Positions 12,053 to 25,230 are shown, counted from the stretch's first letter. The stretch is DNA of 63,681 bases from Chiloscyllium plagiosum (GCF_004010195.1 NC_057718.1:65969089-66032769), one strand, 5' to 3'. Notes: a model not told the origin generated them from the sequence alone. Program-made: numbers and translations.

Positions 12053-14467
12053 ATTTATACAGTTCGTGGGTGAGTAATCCAATCTCCAGTGCAGTGAATA
12101 ACCAGGTTAACTTGTTCTTGAATCCAGCATGTACACTATTCATCACTGTGTGCTAGAGCTATTATCTGCTAAAAGAATAATAATATTTCTTCCTCCTTTT
12201 AGATAGGATACAAGTGTTTAAACTGATCTTCCCCTACCTATTAATCTGGAATAAAATTTCAATGGACTTATTATCCAATGCTTTAATTATGTTATAATCC
12301 TTTATCAGGGAAGCTTTAAGGCTTGCTGCTGTGAAATTAATAGAGCAAGGTCATTTACCCCACTTAAGTAGCTGAATTTACTTAATGTAGGAATCCTTTA
12401 AGCAGTTCTCCTTTGGACCTTTTGCGAAACTACTACATTATCTGCCCTGTGGGTGACTAAATATTGGGCACAGTGTTTCAGGTGCAGTCTCATCTGCAAC
12501 CTGTTTAATAACAAATCATCCATTTTTGTGTATTGAATGGTTCTGTTGATATATCCCAAAACTTTATGTAGACACAGAGATATGTGCAAAATATTCATTG
12601 TCAACCTATCATATAAAATTAAGTCTGAAGTCATAAGAGAGGTATGTTCCCTAACCAACTCTCCACACCACTTCTCAGTAATGGTACAGTAAATAGTATG
12701 AGACACTATATCTGTGTTGTGTATGTGTGTGTGTATGTGTAAAATTTGCAGTGATTTCACAAAGTGGATGTGATTGCCTGTTGACAGTTTTTTAATGAGG
12801 ATCATTTGCGCCTACTTCTATTATAGTAATGCACTTTGCCATTTTTTTCTGCTCACTCATTGACTTACTATTGAATTCTGTTGACCAGCTATTAGTACCA
12901 AGCCATTAAAAATGAAACGTTTGCTCTGCTGGTTTCTTAATTTTGGGTCCTCATTCTACCTATATTGTGGTACCAATGTGTATCATATCCTCCAACTTGT
13001 ACCCTACCTTGTTAGAATGTTCTGCAGCTACTTAGTGACGCCTCTGTTATTTCTTGATGTTTATGTATACTGTCGAATAATTGTGGGATGCTTTTGCACA
13101 AGTACCACCTTCACACCTGATGTAGTACAAAACTTTCCAAGCTTTTATTTTTACCCCATTATCAGAATTCATTAGAATAAGCAGAATTATTTAACAGCCC
13201 TCTCATTCTCTGTTTAAAAAAAAGACATGCTGTTGGGGCTTTTTGGCTAGCAGTCATCACGGCAGACGCAAGAATGCCAGAATTCAAAGGGAGCAACAGT
13301 TTATACTGTATGAGAAAAGAGTGCTGACTGGTTGGCAAATCACCTCTGATGAAGGCATTGTCATGGAAAATGTACCTGGAAGTTAGAATTAATTTTAAAA
13401 ATCTCTCTGTGACACTCTTGATTGCTTTTAAAGACACTACGTAGTGTTCTCTTTCGCACATTCATGTGATATAGGTATTGAGTAGAATTCATTCTCCTTC
13501 GGGGGATGTGAATCTCTGCTGTGTACTGCTGCAGTTCATGTCATGTAGGATGTGGGTCCAATGGCTGTTTTTGACCTAAACAATGTTAAATGCCCTGTGT
13601 TTTTGTAATTGCACTTGTGCAAATAAGTGGAATGTCATCCATCATATTACCCTCTGGTGCCTTGTAGGGGTGGTTGAAAGTCTGGGAAGTCTGGAGATCT
13701 GTCGGTCACCACAGAGTACCAGCCTTTGACCTACCTTTGCAGCTGCACTATTTATGTGGTTGATCTGAAATGCTCTGGAAAATGATGCTTGGAAATCCTG
13801 TGTCATTAAATATTGTGCAGAGATTTTGGAAATAGTTGTTTTTCAGGTATTGTTGTGTTAGATGTGTTACTTCTACATACCAGGCACAATTGCTTTGGTT
13901 ACAAATATTTCTGAACAATGTGGAATTGTTAGCAAACATATCAGAAGACATCCTAATTTCTGAGATTTTGTTGGAAGGGGGGTCATTAATGGAGCAATGG
14001 AAGATGGTTGGGCCTTGAACATTACTGTGATAAACCCCTGCCGTCATTACCTGATGCTCAAATGATTGGCCTTCAATGCAGACAACCATCTTCTTTTGTA
14101 TTAAGTATGTATGACTTTCACCAGTGAAGAGTTTTTCAGATTCCTGTTAACTTCAATTTTATTAGGGTTCTTTGATATCATATTTGGTCAAATGCAATCA
14201 TGATATCAAGGGCAGTCACTCTCACCTGAACACTGGGATTTGATACTTTTTGTTCGTATTTTGCTTGAGGCTGAAATGAAGCTTTGTGATCCAGTGAAAC
14301 CCTCCAAATATAGCAATTTGATGTAAATGAGTACCTTATTGGCCATTTCAGAGAGCACTTACGCATCACCCTATTGCTGTAGGTATATGATTGCATATAG
14401 ATTTCAACAGACTTGATCAGTTGAATTCCTTCCATAAAGAATATGTCATACCTGCTTCACACAACTT

Positions 14468-14657
14468 CAGGTCAGGTAGCATCTGAGGAGCAGGAGAATC
14501 AATGTTTCAGGCATAAGCCCTTCATCAGGAAAGGCCGATGAAGGGCTTATGCCCAAAACGCCGATTCTCAAGTTCCTTGGATGCTACCTGACCTGCTGTG
14601 CTTTTCCAGCACCACACTCTTGACTCTGATCCCCAGCATCGGCAGTCCTCACTTCCT
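14468..14657. mobile_element. Fold-back mini-element (Neptune-type termini)
   Basis: Arms inverted around aagcccttcatcagg-aaag-gccgatgaagggctt. The minus-strand hammerhead at 14499-14530 keeps CUGAUGA and GAAA. Confidence 0.85.
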
Positions 14658-15313
14658 TCTTCTATAACATCTTGTAAGGTCTTGCGCAACAATACTGATG
14701 CTAGCTTTTTGTTCCAGGTTTTATTGATTAAACTAACAAATTCTCCACCTATTATGGTGAGGTTTGCCCTGGTCTGTGTGGATTTGCATTATATCAACAT
14801 AATTACTGTCAGTTTTGTCATTGCGATTGATGATAATTTGATAGAGAGCGTAAACTTCAAGCTACATATAATGAAGAATAGCAATTAAATGCTTTTTTTT
14901 AAATTTGAGGTATGCTCCACTTCCAAAATGTAGTCTACTTTGACGGTACCGTATTTGATCAGAAAGGATACTATATTTATGTCATCATTGCACGTGTTAT
15001 ATTTTCTCAGAGTGAGGAATACACCAAAGAAACTATGATCTTTTATGAAAATATACAGAAATTATGTTATGAAGATCTGATCATTAATAACTCTTGAACA
15101 ATAACATTATTTGAATTTTTTGCCTAAAACTAATTACTGAAGGTGTTGGAATAAAACTTATTCTAATGATATTAGACTTTGCAGTAGCTATATGCTCAAG
15201 CAGTTTGCTTAAGTAAGATTCATCTTTTTAATGCGGTTTTAAAACATCTTTTTAAGATTGATATAAAGAATGTCTACTTGGCATATATTCAAGGTATCTT
15301 GACCGCTGACTTA

Positions 15314-15425
15314 CAATCTAGAGTGTGGTGCTAGAAAAGCACAGCAGGTCAGGCAGCATCCGAGGACCTGCTGTGATTTTCCAACATCATACTCTCAACT
15401 CTGATCTCCAGCATATGTCAGTCCT
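15314..15425. mobile_element. Fold-back mini-element with deleted centre
   Basis: gaaaagcacagcaggtc and gacctgctgtgattttc are inverted arms. Direct repeat cgctgactta at 15304-15313 and 15426-15435. Confidence 0.8.
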
Positions 15426-15612
15426 CGCTGACTTAGCATGACAAAATATCAGAAATTCTCAGCCATTGATACTGTAGATGTTACTATGTATAAGTTGACT
15501 TCTGAAACCTTGAAAAACACTCCCAAAAACTGGTTAATTCTATACCGAGTGTAGAAGTGAAGTACTGGCACGGGTGTCTGTTATTTTAAAGAATCAATGT
15601 CAGTCATCCAGT

Positions 15613-15701
15613 TAAAAATCTCACAATACCAGGTTATAGTCCAACAGGTTTATTTGGAAGCACTAGCTTTCAGTGCGCTGCTCCTTCATCAGGTAGCTGG
15701 G
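15613..15701 (-). mobile_element. Third-family hammerhead-bearing short element (probable PLE terminus)
   Basis: Minus strand UAC-CUGAUGA-A-GGAGC(AGC)GCACU-GAAA-G-CUA-GUG at 15661-15695. 10-bp direct repeat gtcatccagt (15603-15612 and 15702-15711). Related copies at about 3488-3595 and 31658-31820. Confidence 0.75.
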
Positions 15702-16439
15702 GTCATCCAGTGCAGCAATAGGCATGTCTTAAACTCTGAGGCATTTTCAAAACATTTTCACCTCTTTCTGAAGTCCCCAGTATTTCAGATAGCAGTCTTC
15801 AGCCAATTCAGTTCTCTAGGATATCACAAAACAGCAGAGACATTGAATGCTGCAAAGGCTATAGTGTTTGACAATGTTCTGACAATAGTAATGCAAATTT
15901 GAACTCTGGAAGAGGCTTCTCTCCTAGTCAAGCTGTTCTAATTCGATTACAACACTGGCATCAACCCGACAATGTGGAAAGTTACGCAGATATGTTCAGT
16001 CCTCAAAACTTTAACCCAGGCAATTATTGACTTATTAGTCTACTCTTGATAGTCAACAAATTAATGAAAGGGGTTATCAGTAGTGCTTCCAAACTACATC
16101 TCCGAAGTAACCTGCTCCCTGATGTTCACTTTAGGTTGCCTTAGGACCACTCAGGGCCTAACCTCGTTACAACTTGGTCTAAACCTGTATAAAAGAACTG
16201 AACTCCATAGGTGAGGTGAGAATGAATGTTTTAAGTTGTATTTGCCCTAATAATGGCACTAAGAAGTCCTAATGAAACTGTAGCTAATCGGAATTGGGAG
16301 GAGGGCATAGGTGAGTTTAAAGGAGCTGACTCTTAACTGGTTGGTGTTATATAAAGCACATAAGTTGTTGAAGGTCAGTTATGTCAGTCCCAGGGTATCA
16401 CTGCAGTATTTTCTCCATGTAATGACCTAGACAACTTCA

Positions 16440-17596
16440 CCAACAAGGAGGTTGAGCAATTCATCAACTTCACCAACAGATTCCACCCTGACCTTAAATT
16501 TACCTGGACCATCTCTGACAGCTCCCTCCCTTTCCTGAACCCCTCCATCTCCATTAATGATGACCGACTTGACACCGACATTTTTTACAAACCCACCAAC
16601 TCCCACAGCTACCTGAATTACACCTCTTCCCACCCTACCTCCTGCAAAAATGCCATCCCGTATTCCCAATTCCTCCGCCTCCGCTGTATCTGTTCCCAGG
16701 AGGACCAGTTTCACCACAGAACACACCGGATGGCTTCCTTCTTTAGACCGCAGTTTCCCTTCCCACGTGGTATAAGATGCCCTCCAACGCATCTCGTCCA
16801 CATCCCGCATTTCTGCCCTCAGAGCCCACCCCTCCAACCGTAACAAGGACAGAATGCCCCTGGTGCTCACCTTCCACCCTACCGACCTTTGCATAAACCA
16901 AATCATCCGCCAACATTTCCGCCACCTCCAAAAAGACCCCACCACCAGGGATATATTTCCCTCCCCACCCCTTTCTGCCTTCCGCGAAGACTGTTCCCTC
17001 CGTGACTACCTGGTCAGGTCCATGCCCCCCTACGACCCATCCTCCCGTCCTGGCACCTTCCCCTGCCACCGCAGGAATTGCAAAACCTGCGCCCACACCA
17101 CCTCCCTCGCCTCCAACCAAGGCCCTAAAGGAGCCTTCCACATCCATCAAAGTTTTACCTGCACATCCACTAATATCATTTATTGTATCCGTTGCTCCCG
17201 ATGCAACGGATGCCTCCTAGCAGAGCGCTTTAGGGAACATCTCTGGGACACCTGCACCAATCAACCACACCGCCGCGTGGCCCAACATTTCAACTCCCCC
17301 TCCCACTCTGCCAAGGACATGGAGGTCCTGGGCCTCCTTCACCACTGCTCCCTCATCACCCAATGCCTATTCACTGTTCACTCCTCCCTGACCTATCACC
17401 TTCATCCCCTTCCCCACTCACCTATTGTACTCTATGCTACTTTCTCCCCACCCCCACCCTCCTATGATTTATCCCTCTACCCTTCAGGCACTCTGCCTGT
17501 ATTCCTAATGAAGGGTTTTTGCCCGAAACATCGATTTTACTGCTCCTCGGATGCTGTCTGAACTGCTGCGCTTTTCCAGCACCACTAATCCAGAAT
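16440..17596 (+). mobile_element. 5'-truncated Neptune-type PLE inserted in an older LINE
   Basis: ORF 16854-17561 reads PLVLTFHP...GTFPCHRRNCKTCAH...FTCTSTNIIYCIRCSRC...RFREH. The upstream sequence encodes the RT thumb region. The terminal hammerhead at 17503-17534 has a mutated core (CUAAUGA). Confidence 0.88.
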
Positions 17597-17950
17597 AGAC
17601 TTAACCAACTTCAGGCCACAAAAGATCAGAAATATGGATCTTTACTGAGGATGCACAATGATTAGCACCATTCACAAAGACTTAAATTGAAGCCAAAACT
17701 GGACAGTGTCCATGGTTGGGGATGATTTGTGACAGAAATGTAATTTTCACAAAAGTATCAAGCAATGACCATCTCTTACAACAGAGAATTCAACTACCTA
17801 CTGTCTACTTTCAATGCTATAACCATTACTAAATCCCACACTATCAACATTCTATTTGTTAACATTGACAAGAAATAGAACTGGACCAGCCACGTACTGT
17901 AAATAGTGTGACTACAAGAGCAGGTCACAATCTGGGAATTCTGTGGTGTG

Positions 17951-18490
17951 TAGAACATAGAACAATACAGCACAGAAAAGGCCCTTCGGCCCTCGATGTT
18001 GCGCAGACCTGTGAACTATTCTCAGCTCGTCCCCGTACACTACCCCAAAATCATCTATGTGCTTATCTAAGGATTGTTTAAATCTCCCTAATGTGGCTGA
18101 GTTGACTACATTAGCAGGTAGGGCATTCCACATCCTTACCACTCTCTGTGTAAAGAACATGCCTCTGACATCTGTCTTAAATCTATCACCCCTCAATTTG
18201 TAGTTATGCCCCTCGTACACGCTGACATCATCCTATGAAAAAGACTTTCACTGTCTACCCTATCTAATCCTCTGATCATCTTGTATGTCTCTATCAAATC
18301 CTCTCTAAGCTGCCTTCTTGCCAATGAGAACAGTTCAAGTCTCTCAACCTTTCCTCATAAGACCTTCCCTCCAGACCAGGTAACATCTTGGTAAATCTCC
18401 TCTGCACCTTTTCCAATGCTTCCACATCCTTCCCAAAATATGGGGACCAGAACTGTACACAATATTCCAAGTGTGGCCGCACCAACATTT
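17951..18490 (-). mobile_element. CR1-clade LINE 3' fragment
   Basis: [15 protein letters not shown]...[15 protein letters not shown] and FFTQRVVRMWNALP. Confidence 0.88.
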
Positions 18491-19746
18491 GGTATATCTC
18501 ACCTGCTGACTTCGTAATGCCTGTTTACCATCTGCAAGATATGAGAGGAGTATACTGAGCTACTCCATACATAACTATCTGTATGAGTACAGCTCCAACA
18601 ACACTTGAGAAGCTTGACGCCATACAGGACAAAACAGCAGCTAAATCATCAAACAATCCAGCATATTCAATATTCACTTCCTCTATACAAAAGCAGTTTG
18701 TGCTTTCCATAAAATTCTCTAGCAACTCACCAACATTCCTCAACAGCAACTGCTGACTTCTACCACTTAATGGGACATGGGCAACAAACATAGGCCACCA
18801 TCTATAAAGTCCCGTGCAAATCAAATACCATCATGACTTGGAACAATATTGTTTTTTCTGTTGTTGATATAAACCCTGGAATTCCCTTCCTTAACAGCAC
18901 TGTGGATGTAACTACACCACGTAGACTGTAAAATTTCAAGTCCGAAGCCCACTGTCACTTTCACAGGGCAGCAAATACTGACAGATCTAGCCACATCCAT
19001 GTGAAAAACATTAAGAAGAAGCCTGTATCGCCTGCTTGATCCCTTGCCCTTAGTTATAGTGTGCTAGTAGTAAAATATGCATATACATGGTTAAGAAAAC
19101 TGAGACTGACTACTAATATAAACTTCGTGTGTTTTGGCTGCAAATGAGGGTGGACTTTTGCCTTGCCTCATATCTTTTGATATCATTTGCTAACAAAAAA
19201 AATTCTAAATACCACAGAGTTTACACCTAGTTTGTGTAATCTCTCCTTACAAGAGAGATTAAATTCAGGTGAATCTGCACAGTACTGTCACCAAAATCAG
19301 TATATCCTCCTCAACGTGTGTTGTCCAGAATTGCTGATAGTCGTTTAGGTGTGGTTTGTAAGGCATAGCATTCCATTAATCTTTCTATTGTTTGAACCTG
19401 TTTGTTATTTTAATAATTTATGCATCTCCTAGACTTTTTCGATCCGGATTGTTTCTCGCTTTAGTATGCCTACCCTTAAAACCAGTTCTTGCAATTTTGC
19501 CCTTCAGTTAATCTACATCTGCAGCTTTATGTTTTTTGAATTGCTCCAGTCATGTGGTGTGGGTTCACCTATAGTCATATTAGGGATTCCAGTATTTTCA
19601 TCCTGCGCTGGTGCAGGGATGACAATTGTAATTTCACATTCAGATGGTATATGGCTTAGAGGGAACCTGCAGGAGGTGGCGTTCACATTGCCGTTATCTG
19701 TTTAAATGCTGGAGGTTAGAAGCTTAGATGATGTTGTCAAAAACAT

Positions 19747-21110
19747 GTTGAAGTTGTTGTTCTGTTTGCCGTGCTGATGGATTTTATTGGAAACGTTTCA
19801 TCTCCCTCCTAAGTGACATCTTCAGTGCTGTATAACTTCTGGATGAAGTGCTGTCGTTGTGATCTGCCCTGAACTTATATGGATCTGTCTGTTGTGGTGG
19901 ATCGTTCTAATTCCTGTTTTGTACTGTAGTGATCTGTAGATAGGGTCTATTTAGCATGTTTGTTTATGGAACCATGGATGAATACCGAGCCTTCAGAAAT
20001 TCCTGAGCTTATCTTTGTTTAGCCTGTCCCAGTAATGTAATGCTATTCCAGTTGAATTAGTGTTCTTCATTGTCAGTGAATTGATATGAGAGAGGACTGG
20101 TTGTGTCATTTTGTTTGCAAGCTCTTGCTCATGTTTCCAGCTTGTTTGTTCTATGTAATGTTTCTCGCAGTTGCTGCAAGGTATTTTATATATCACATTT
20201 GTCTTGCATGTTGTGGGTATGGGGTCTTTTCTCCTGGATAGTAGTGTGGCTGTTGGTTTGTATGCTGTCAGTATTCCCAGAGGACGTAGAAGTCTTGTTA
20301 GTTCTGAGACATTTGTATTGTAGGGCAGGGTGGTCAGTGTGTTGGGGGAACAGTGTCTTTTTGTGCTGTTTGTATGCCAGGCATCGACAAATGAAGCTGA
20401 TAGGGTACCCATTATTGGTAAAGACTTTGTATAGGTGTTCCTCTTCTTTTTTGCAGAGTTCCGTGTTATTGCAGTATGTTATGGCTTGTTTAAACAGGGT
20501 CTTGACATAGCTCTGTTTGTGGATGCTGCATTGGTTACTGTTGTAACTGAGGACCTGGTCTGTATGTGTAGCCTTTCTGCACACCCTGGTAAGGAATTCA
20601 CCATGGTTCATTCATTCAACCAGTATGCCTAAGAACGCAAGTTGATTGTTGTTCTCTTCTTCTCTGGTGAACTTGCTATTGATAGAGTTGGTGTCTGCTT
20701 TTCAACTTGGGCCATTTAATGATAACAAAGGTATTGTCCACGTATCTGATCCATAGTTTGGGCTGGATCTGGGAGAGGGCTATGTTTCCTACTCATTGCA
20801 TTACCTCTTCAGCAATGAACCCAGACATGGGTGAGCCCTTGGGTGTCCCATTGATTTGTTTGTGTACCTGATTGTTAAAAACAAAGTGTATGGTCAGGCA
20901 TAGGTCCAGTAGTTTCAGAATATTATCTTTGCTGATAGTTTTGTTGTCTGTTTGTTTAGAAGTGTTGCCAGTGTTTCCATTGCTAGTTTTGTATTGATAG
21001 AAAAGGCTGAACCATAAACATTCTGGGCAGATCATAGTGACAACATACTGATGATAGACTACTAACAACTTCAACAACCTGAGCTACAGATCTTCACTAA
21101 AACCTTAAAT
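19747..21110 (-). mobile_element. Older Poseidon-type PLE with inverted terminal tail
   Basis: RT motif QINGTPKGSPMSG (ORF 20793-21077), thumb RKATHTDQVLSYNS, GIY-YIG NVIYKIPCSNCEKHYI. Degenerate hammerhead at 19788-19828 (minus strand CUGAAGA...GAAACGUU). Confidence 0.85.
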
Positions 21111-21257
21111 ACTTGGTGAGTTGCTACAATGCATCTTGTAGATGGTGCACACTACTTAGCTATGTGTGATGGTGGATGGGTACAGTCAAGTGAGCTGCGT
21201 TGTTCGAGATGTTGTGGTACTTCTTGGGTATTGCTGGAACTGCATTCATTCTGACAA

Positions 21258-21392
21258 ATGTCAGGTGAATTGGCCACGCTAAATTGCCCGTAGTGTTAGG
21301 TAAGGGGTAAATTTATGGGTGGGTTGTGCTTCGGCGGGTCGGTGTGGACTTGTTGGGCCGAAGGACCTGTTTCCACACTGTAATCTAATCTA
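21258..21392 (+). mobile_element. 5'-truncated V-SINE
   Basis: Matches the 3' half of 27778-28100 with a (taatc)n tail. Confidence 0.85.
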
Positions 21393-21889
21393 AAAAAAAA
21401 TGGAGCATATTCCATTACATTTCTGATTTGTATTTTGTAGCTGGTGGAAGAGATTTTGGGAACTGAAGAAGTGTGTTACTTGCCACAATGCTCTCAGCCT
21501 CTGACCTGATCTTATCACTAAATATTTATTTTTTTTAATCCCTGATTGAAACTTTTACTGTCGTCTTTTGATGCTGTTGGTAACTGTCCCAATTGTATAA
21601 TCTGTGCTTTTGGATTTTTGCATTTTCGTATGCATTTATTTTAGTTTTACACTACACCATACCTCCTTAATGACCTGTCCCATTTTAGTTCTGAGGCATA
21701 TTGTTTCAGACACTTGTTCTGGGTGTAGTTTTTAAAATTCCATGCCTTTTCTCACATGTGCTACTTTGGAAAAAAAAGGCAAAATGCCTCAATAAAACCT
21801 ATGGCATGTAGCAAGGAGATTGCCACACCATTGTTGGCTTGCACTTAAATCAACCTGCCCATTAAATAATTTTCTCTGTTGGTGTAGCT

Positions 21890-21926
21890 CTGTGTGTGTG
21901 TGGGTGTGTGTGTGTGTGTTTGTGTG
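21890..21926. repeat. (GT)n microsatellite
   Basis: Direct reading. Confidence 0.9.
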
Positions 21927-22933
21927 ACACCATAAGTAATAGGAACAGGAATAGGCATATCGGCCCCTTGAGCCTGTTCCATCATTTAGTTGGATCATGG
22001 CTGACCTTCACGCCTTGCATTTTTCCCTGAACCCTTTATTCTCCAGATCAAAACCTGCCTATCTCGCCTTAAACGGATCAAAACCTGCCTATCTCGACTT
22101 TCAGCTCAGTCTTGATTTGCCCCCACTTTAAACATGCATGTGATTAAATATAAATGTGTGCAAGCTTACTGCACTTGCATTTGTGTGGCTTGTGTTTGTG
22201 TATCTTAAGTCCTTGGCACAGTGTTCTATGCATTCTTATCTGTAATGTGTCTATTATTTCAATGTACTTTGAAGTATCTGTGTTGTTTTAGAATAACAAT
22301 CTAAAAATGATGGTACAAGCCCTTTGCATGATAAGAGTTAAGAATGCTTTTCTTTTGTTTTAATGAATATAAGATACTATTTAATATATTAAGAAGGTTT
22401 ATCATGGTTACTTGATTGCCTGTGATTACATAACTGTCTCTTTGTGAAGCAGCATAAAATGTACAGTCATTAAAAATTTTGTGAATTTGTTTGCCCATCA
22501 CTACATCAATCCTATTTCTAAATTAACAACAACTCGCACCAGCATAATAGGAAATGGATAAAATCAGCAAACAAGAATGAAACCTGGCTATTGTGAGGTC
22601 AGATGATAGATGCAAATCAGTTTTACAAGAAGGGACAAACAGAAGTGATGGGTCAAGATACCACAGAGGAGAGATTTGAGGAGTGGCTGGTAGTAATGTG
22701 GTTACGTCGTTGAGTTCTTTTAAGCATACCCTTTGGGTGGTGTAAAGTTCAAAAAAAGGGCTCTTTCATGAATGCAAATAAGCCTATTGATTGTAGAATT
22801 ATGAAGAACAAGAAATGAACACAGTAACAAGAATTGCAGACAAAATCCAAGAAAAGTTGTGAGAAAGGATCAAGCAAAATACTAAGAATTGTAGCAAAAG
22901 AAATTCCCACCCCACCCCACCATTTCCCAATCT

Positions 22934-23255
22934 NNNNNNNNNNNNNNNNNNNNNNNNNNNNNNNNNNNNNNNNNNNNNNNNNNNNNNNNNNNNNNNNNNN
23001 NNNNNNNNNNNNNNNNNNNNNNNNNNNNNNNNNNNNNNNNNNNNNNNNNNNNNNNNNNNNNNNNNNNNNNNNNNNNNNNNNNNNNNNNNNNNNNNNNNNN
23101 NNNNNNNNNNNNNNNNNNNNNNNNNNNNNNNNNNNNNNNNNNNNNNNNNNNNNNNNNNNNNNNNNNNNNNNNNNNNNNNNNNNNNNNNNNNNNNNNNNNN
23201 NNNNNNNNNNNNNNNNNNNNNNNNNNNNNNNNNNNNNNNNNNNNNNNNNNNNNNN
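22934..23255. other. Assembly gap (N run)
   Basis: Run of N, flanked by C-rich low-complexity sequence. Confidence 1.
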
Positions 23256-23427
23256 ACCCCACCTCTTCCCTCCACCCGACCTCTTAACGTCCTCCTGCTG
23301 CTTCCTCCTTTCCCTACTATGTCTTCCCTCCCATGTCTCCCAACACCCCTCTCCCCTCTCTGTCCACCCCCCCCATACATTTCTGTTTTCTGTTTTTCCA
23401 AATATTGAGTATCTTGGTGGTTAAGTC

Positions 23428-24005
23428 CATAGAACATATAACAGTACAGGCCCTTCTACCCTCGCTGTTGTTCTGGTCTTTTATCCTACTCTAAGATCAG
23501 ACTATGCCTTTTATTTTAACATCTTCCATGTGCTTATCAAAGAGTCACTTAAATGTCCCTAATAATGTATCTGGCTACTATGACTGCCAGCAGTGCATTT
23601 CACGCACCCACCACTCTGTGTAAAGAACTATCTCTGACATCTCCCCTAAACCTTCCTTCAATTACCTTAAAATTATGCCCCCTCATGATAGACATTTCCA
23701 CCATTGGGAAAACGACTCTGACTATCCACTCTATCTATGCCTGTCAACATCTTGTATACCTCTATCAAGTCACCTCTCATCCTTCTTCACTCCAATGAGA
23801 AAAACCCTAGCTCCCTCAACCTTTCTTCATAAGACATTCCCTCCAATCCAGGCAGCATCCTGGTAAATCTCCTCTGCACCCTCTCTAAAACTTCTACATC
23901 TTTCCTATAATGAGGCAACCAGAACTAAATACAGTATTATAAGTGTGGCCTAACCTGGGCACTGTAGAGCTGCAGCATAACCTCACGGCTCTTAAACTCA
24001 ATCTC
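23428..24005 (-). mobile_element. CR1-clade LINE 3' fragment
   Basis: Same 3' ORF2 and tail layout as 17951-18490 (catagaacat tail on the + strand). Confidence 0.8.
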
Positions 24006-24069
24006 TGTATCTTGTTGCAAATGATTTGCTCATTCAGCTGAAAGGACTTATTTTAATATTTTGCTTTTA

Positions 24070-25230
24070 GACCATAAGACATAGGAGCAGAAATTAGGCT
24101 ATTTGGCCCATCAAGTCTGCTCTGCCATTCAATCATGCTTGATTCATTTCTCAACCCCATTTTCCTACTTTCTCCCTGTAACTTTTGATCCCCTTGGCAA
24201 TCAAGAAACTATCTATCTCTTTTTTAAATATACTCAGTGAGCTGGCCTCCACAACCTTCTGTGACAATGAGTTCCATAGATTCACCACTCTCTGGCTAAA
24301 GACATTTCTCCTTATTTCCATTCTAAAAGGTCTTCCCTTTACTCTAAGCTGTGCCCTCAGGTTCTTGTCTCTCCTGCAAGTGGAAACATTTTCCCAACAT
24401 CGACTCTGTCCGGGCAGTTCAGTATTTCAATCAGATCCCTCCACCATTTTAAACTTGAGTGAGTGTAGTCCCAGAGTCCTCAAACATTCCTCGTATGTTA
24501 CGTCTTTCATTCCTGGGATCATTGTTGTGAACCTCCTCAGGACCCATTCCAGGGCTAATACATCCTTCCTGAGGTGTGGGGCTCAAAATTGCTCTCAGTA
24601 CTCTAAATATGGTCCAACCAGAGCCTCATAAAGCTCCAGATGTACATCCATGCTTTTATATTCTAGTCCCCTTGAGATGAATGACAACATTGTACTTACT
24701 TTCCTAATTACTAGCTCAACTTACAAGTTTACCTTGAGAAACCTGGACGAGAACTCCTTTGCACTTCAGATTTTTGAATTTCCTCCCCATTTAGAAAATC
24801 GTCCTTGCCTCTATTCTTCCTACCAAAGTGCATGACCTCACACATTCCATGTTGTATTCCATCTGCCACTTCTTTTCCCACTCTCCTAACCTGTCTTAAT
24901 CTTCCTGCAGTCTCCCTGCCGCATCAATACTACCTGCCTCTCCACCCATCTTTATATCGTCTGCAAACCTAGCCAGAATGCCCTCAGTTCCTTCATCCGG
25001 ATCATTAATGTATAAAGTGAAAAGTTGTAGTCCCAACACTGACCCTTGTGGAACAGCATTAGTCACCTGCTTCAATCCCGAGTTTAGGACCCTTTTTTCC
25101 CCACTCTCTGCCTTCTTCCAGATAGCCAGTCTTTTATCCATGCTAGTATGTTGCCTGTAATATCATGGGCCCTTGTCTTTATTCAGCAGACTCTGTGCAG
25201 CATTTTTTCAAAGGCCTTCTGAAAGTCCAG
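24070..25230 (-). mobile_element. CR1-clade LINE RT plus 3' fragment
   Basis: VPQGSVLGLQLFTLYIND...FADDIK (ORF 24896-25141), with a cataagacataggagcag tail. Confidence 0.85.

Larger units (their letters stand above)
15860..19010 (+). mobile_element. Old CR1/L2-group LINE 3' half, interrupted by a PLE (16440-17596) and a CR1 (17951-18490)
   Basis: Degenerate RT-region sequence ending in a decayed version of the tail (ggcagctcaccaccaccttctcaagggcaa...aataaatgctggc). The tail is clearer at about 4040-4110, 10370-10455, 31110-31220 and 37700-38290. Confidence 0.55.

Noticed and set aside
10888..12156. Many overlapping 100-250 aa ORFs suggesting an intact or novel gene
   Set aside because: Alternative and antisense frames of a C-rich, frameshifted Neptune-type PLE. 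No intact RT-endonuclease ORF exists in the window.
22046..22096. 21-bp direct repeat gatcaaaacctgcctatctcg
   Set aside because: A local duplication at the truncated end of a CR1 tail fragment, with no sign of function.
22799..23437. Long ORFs spanning 22799-23437 and 46739-47752
   Set aside because: Artefacts of translating N runs.
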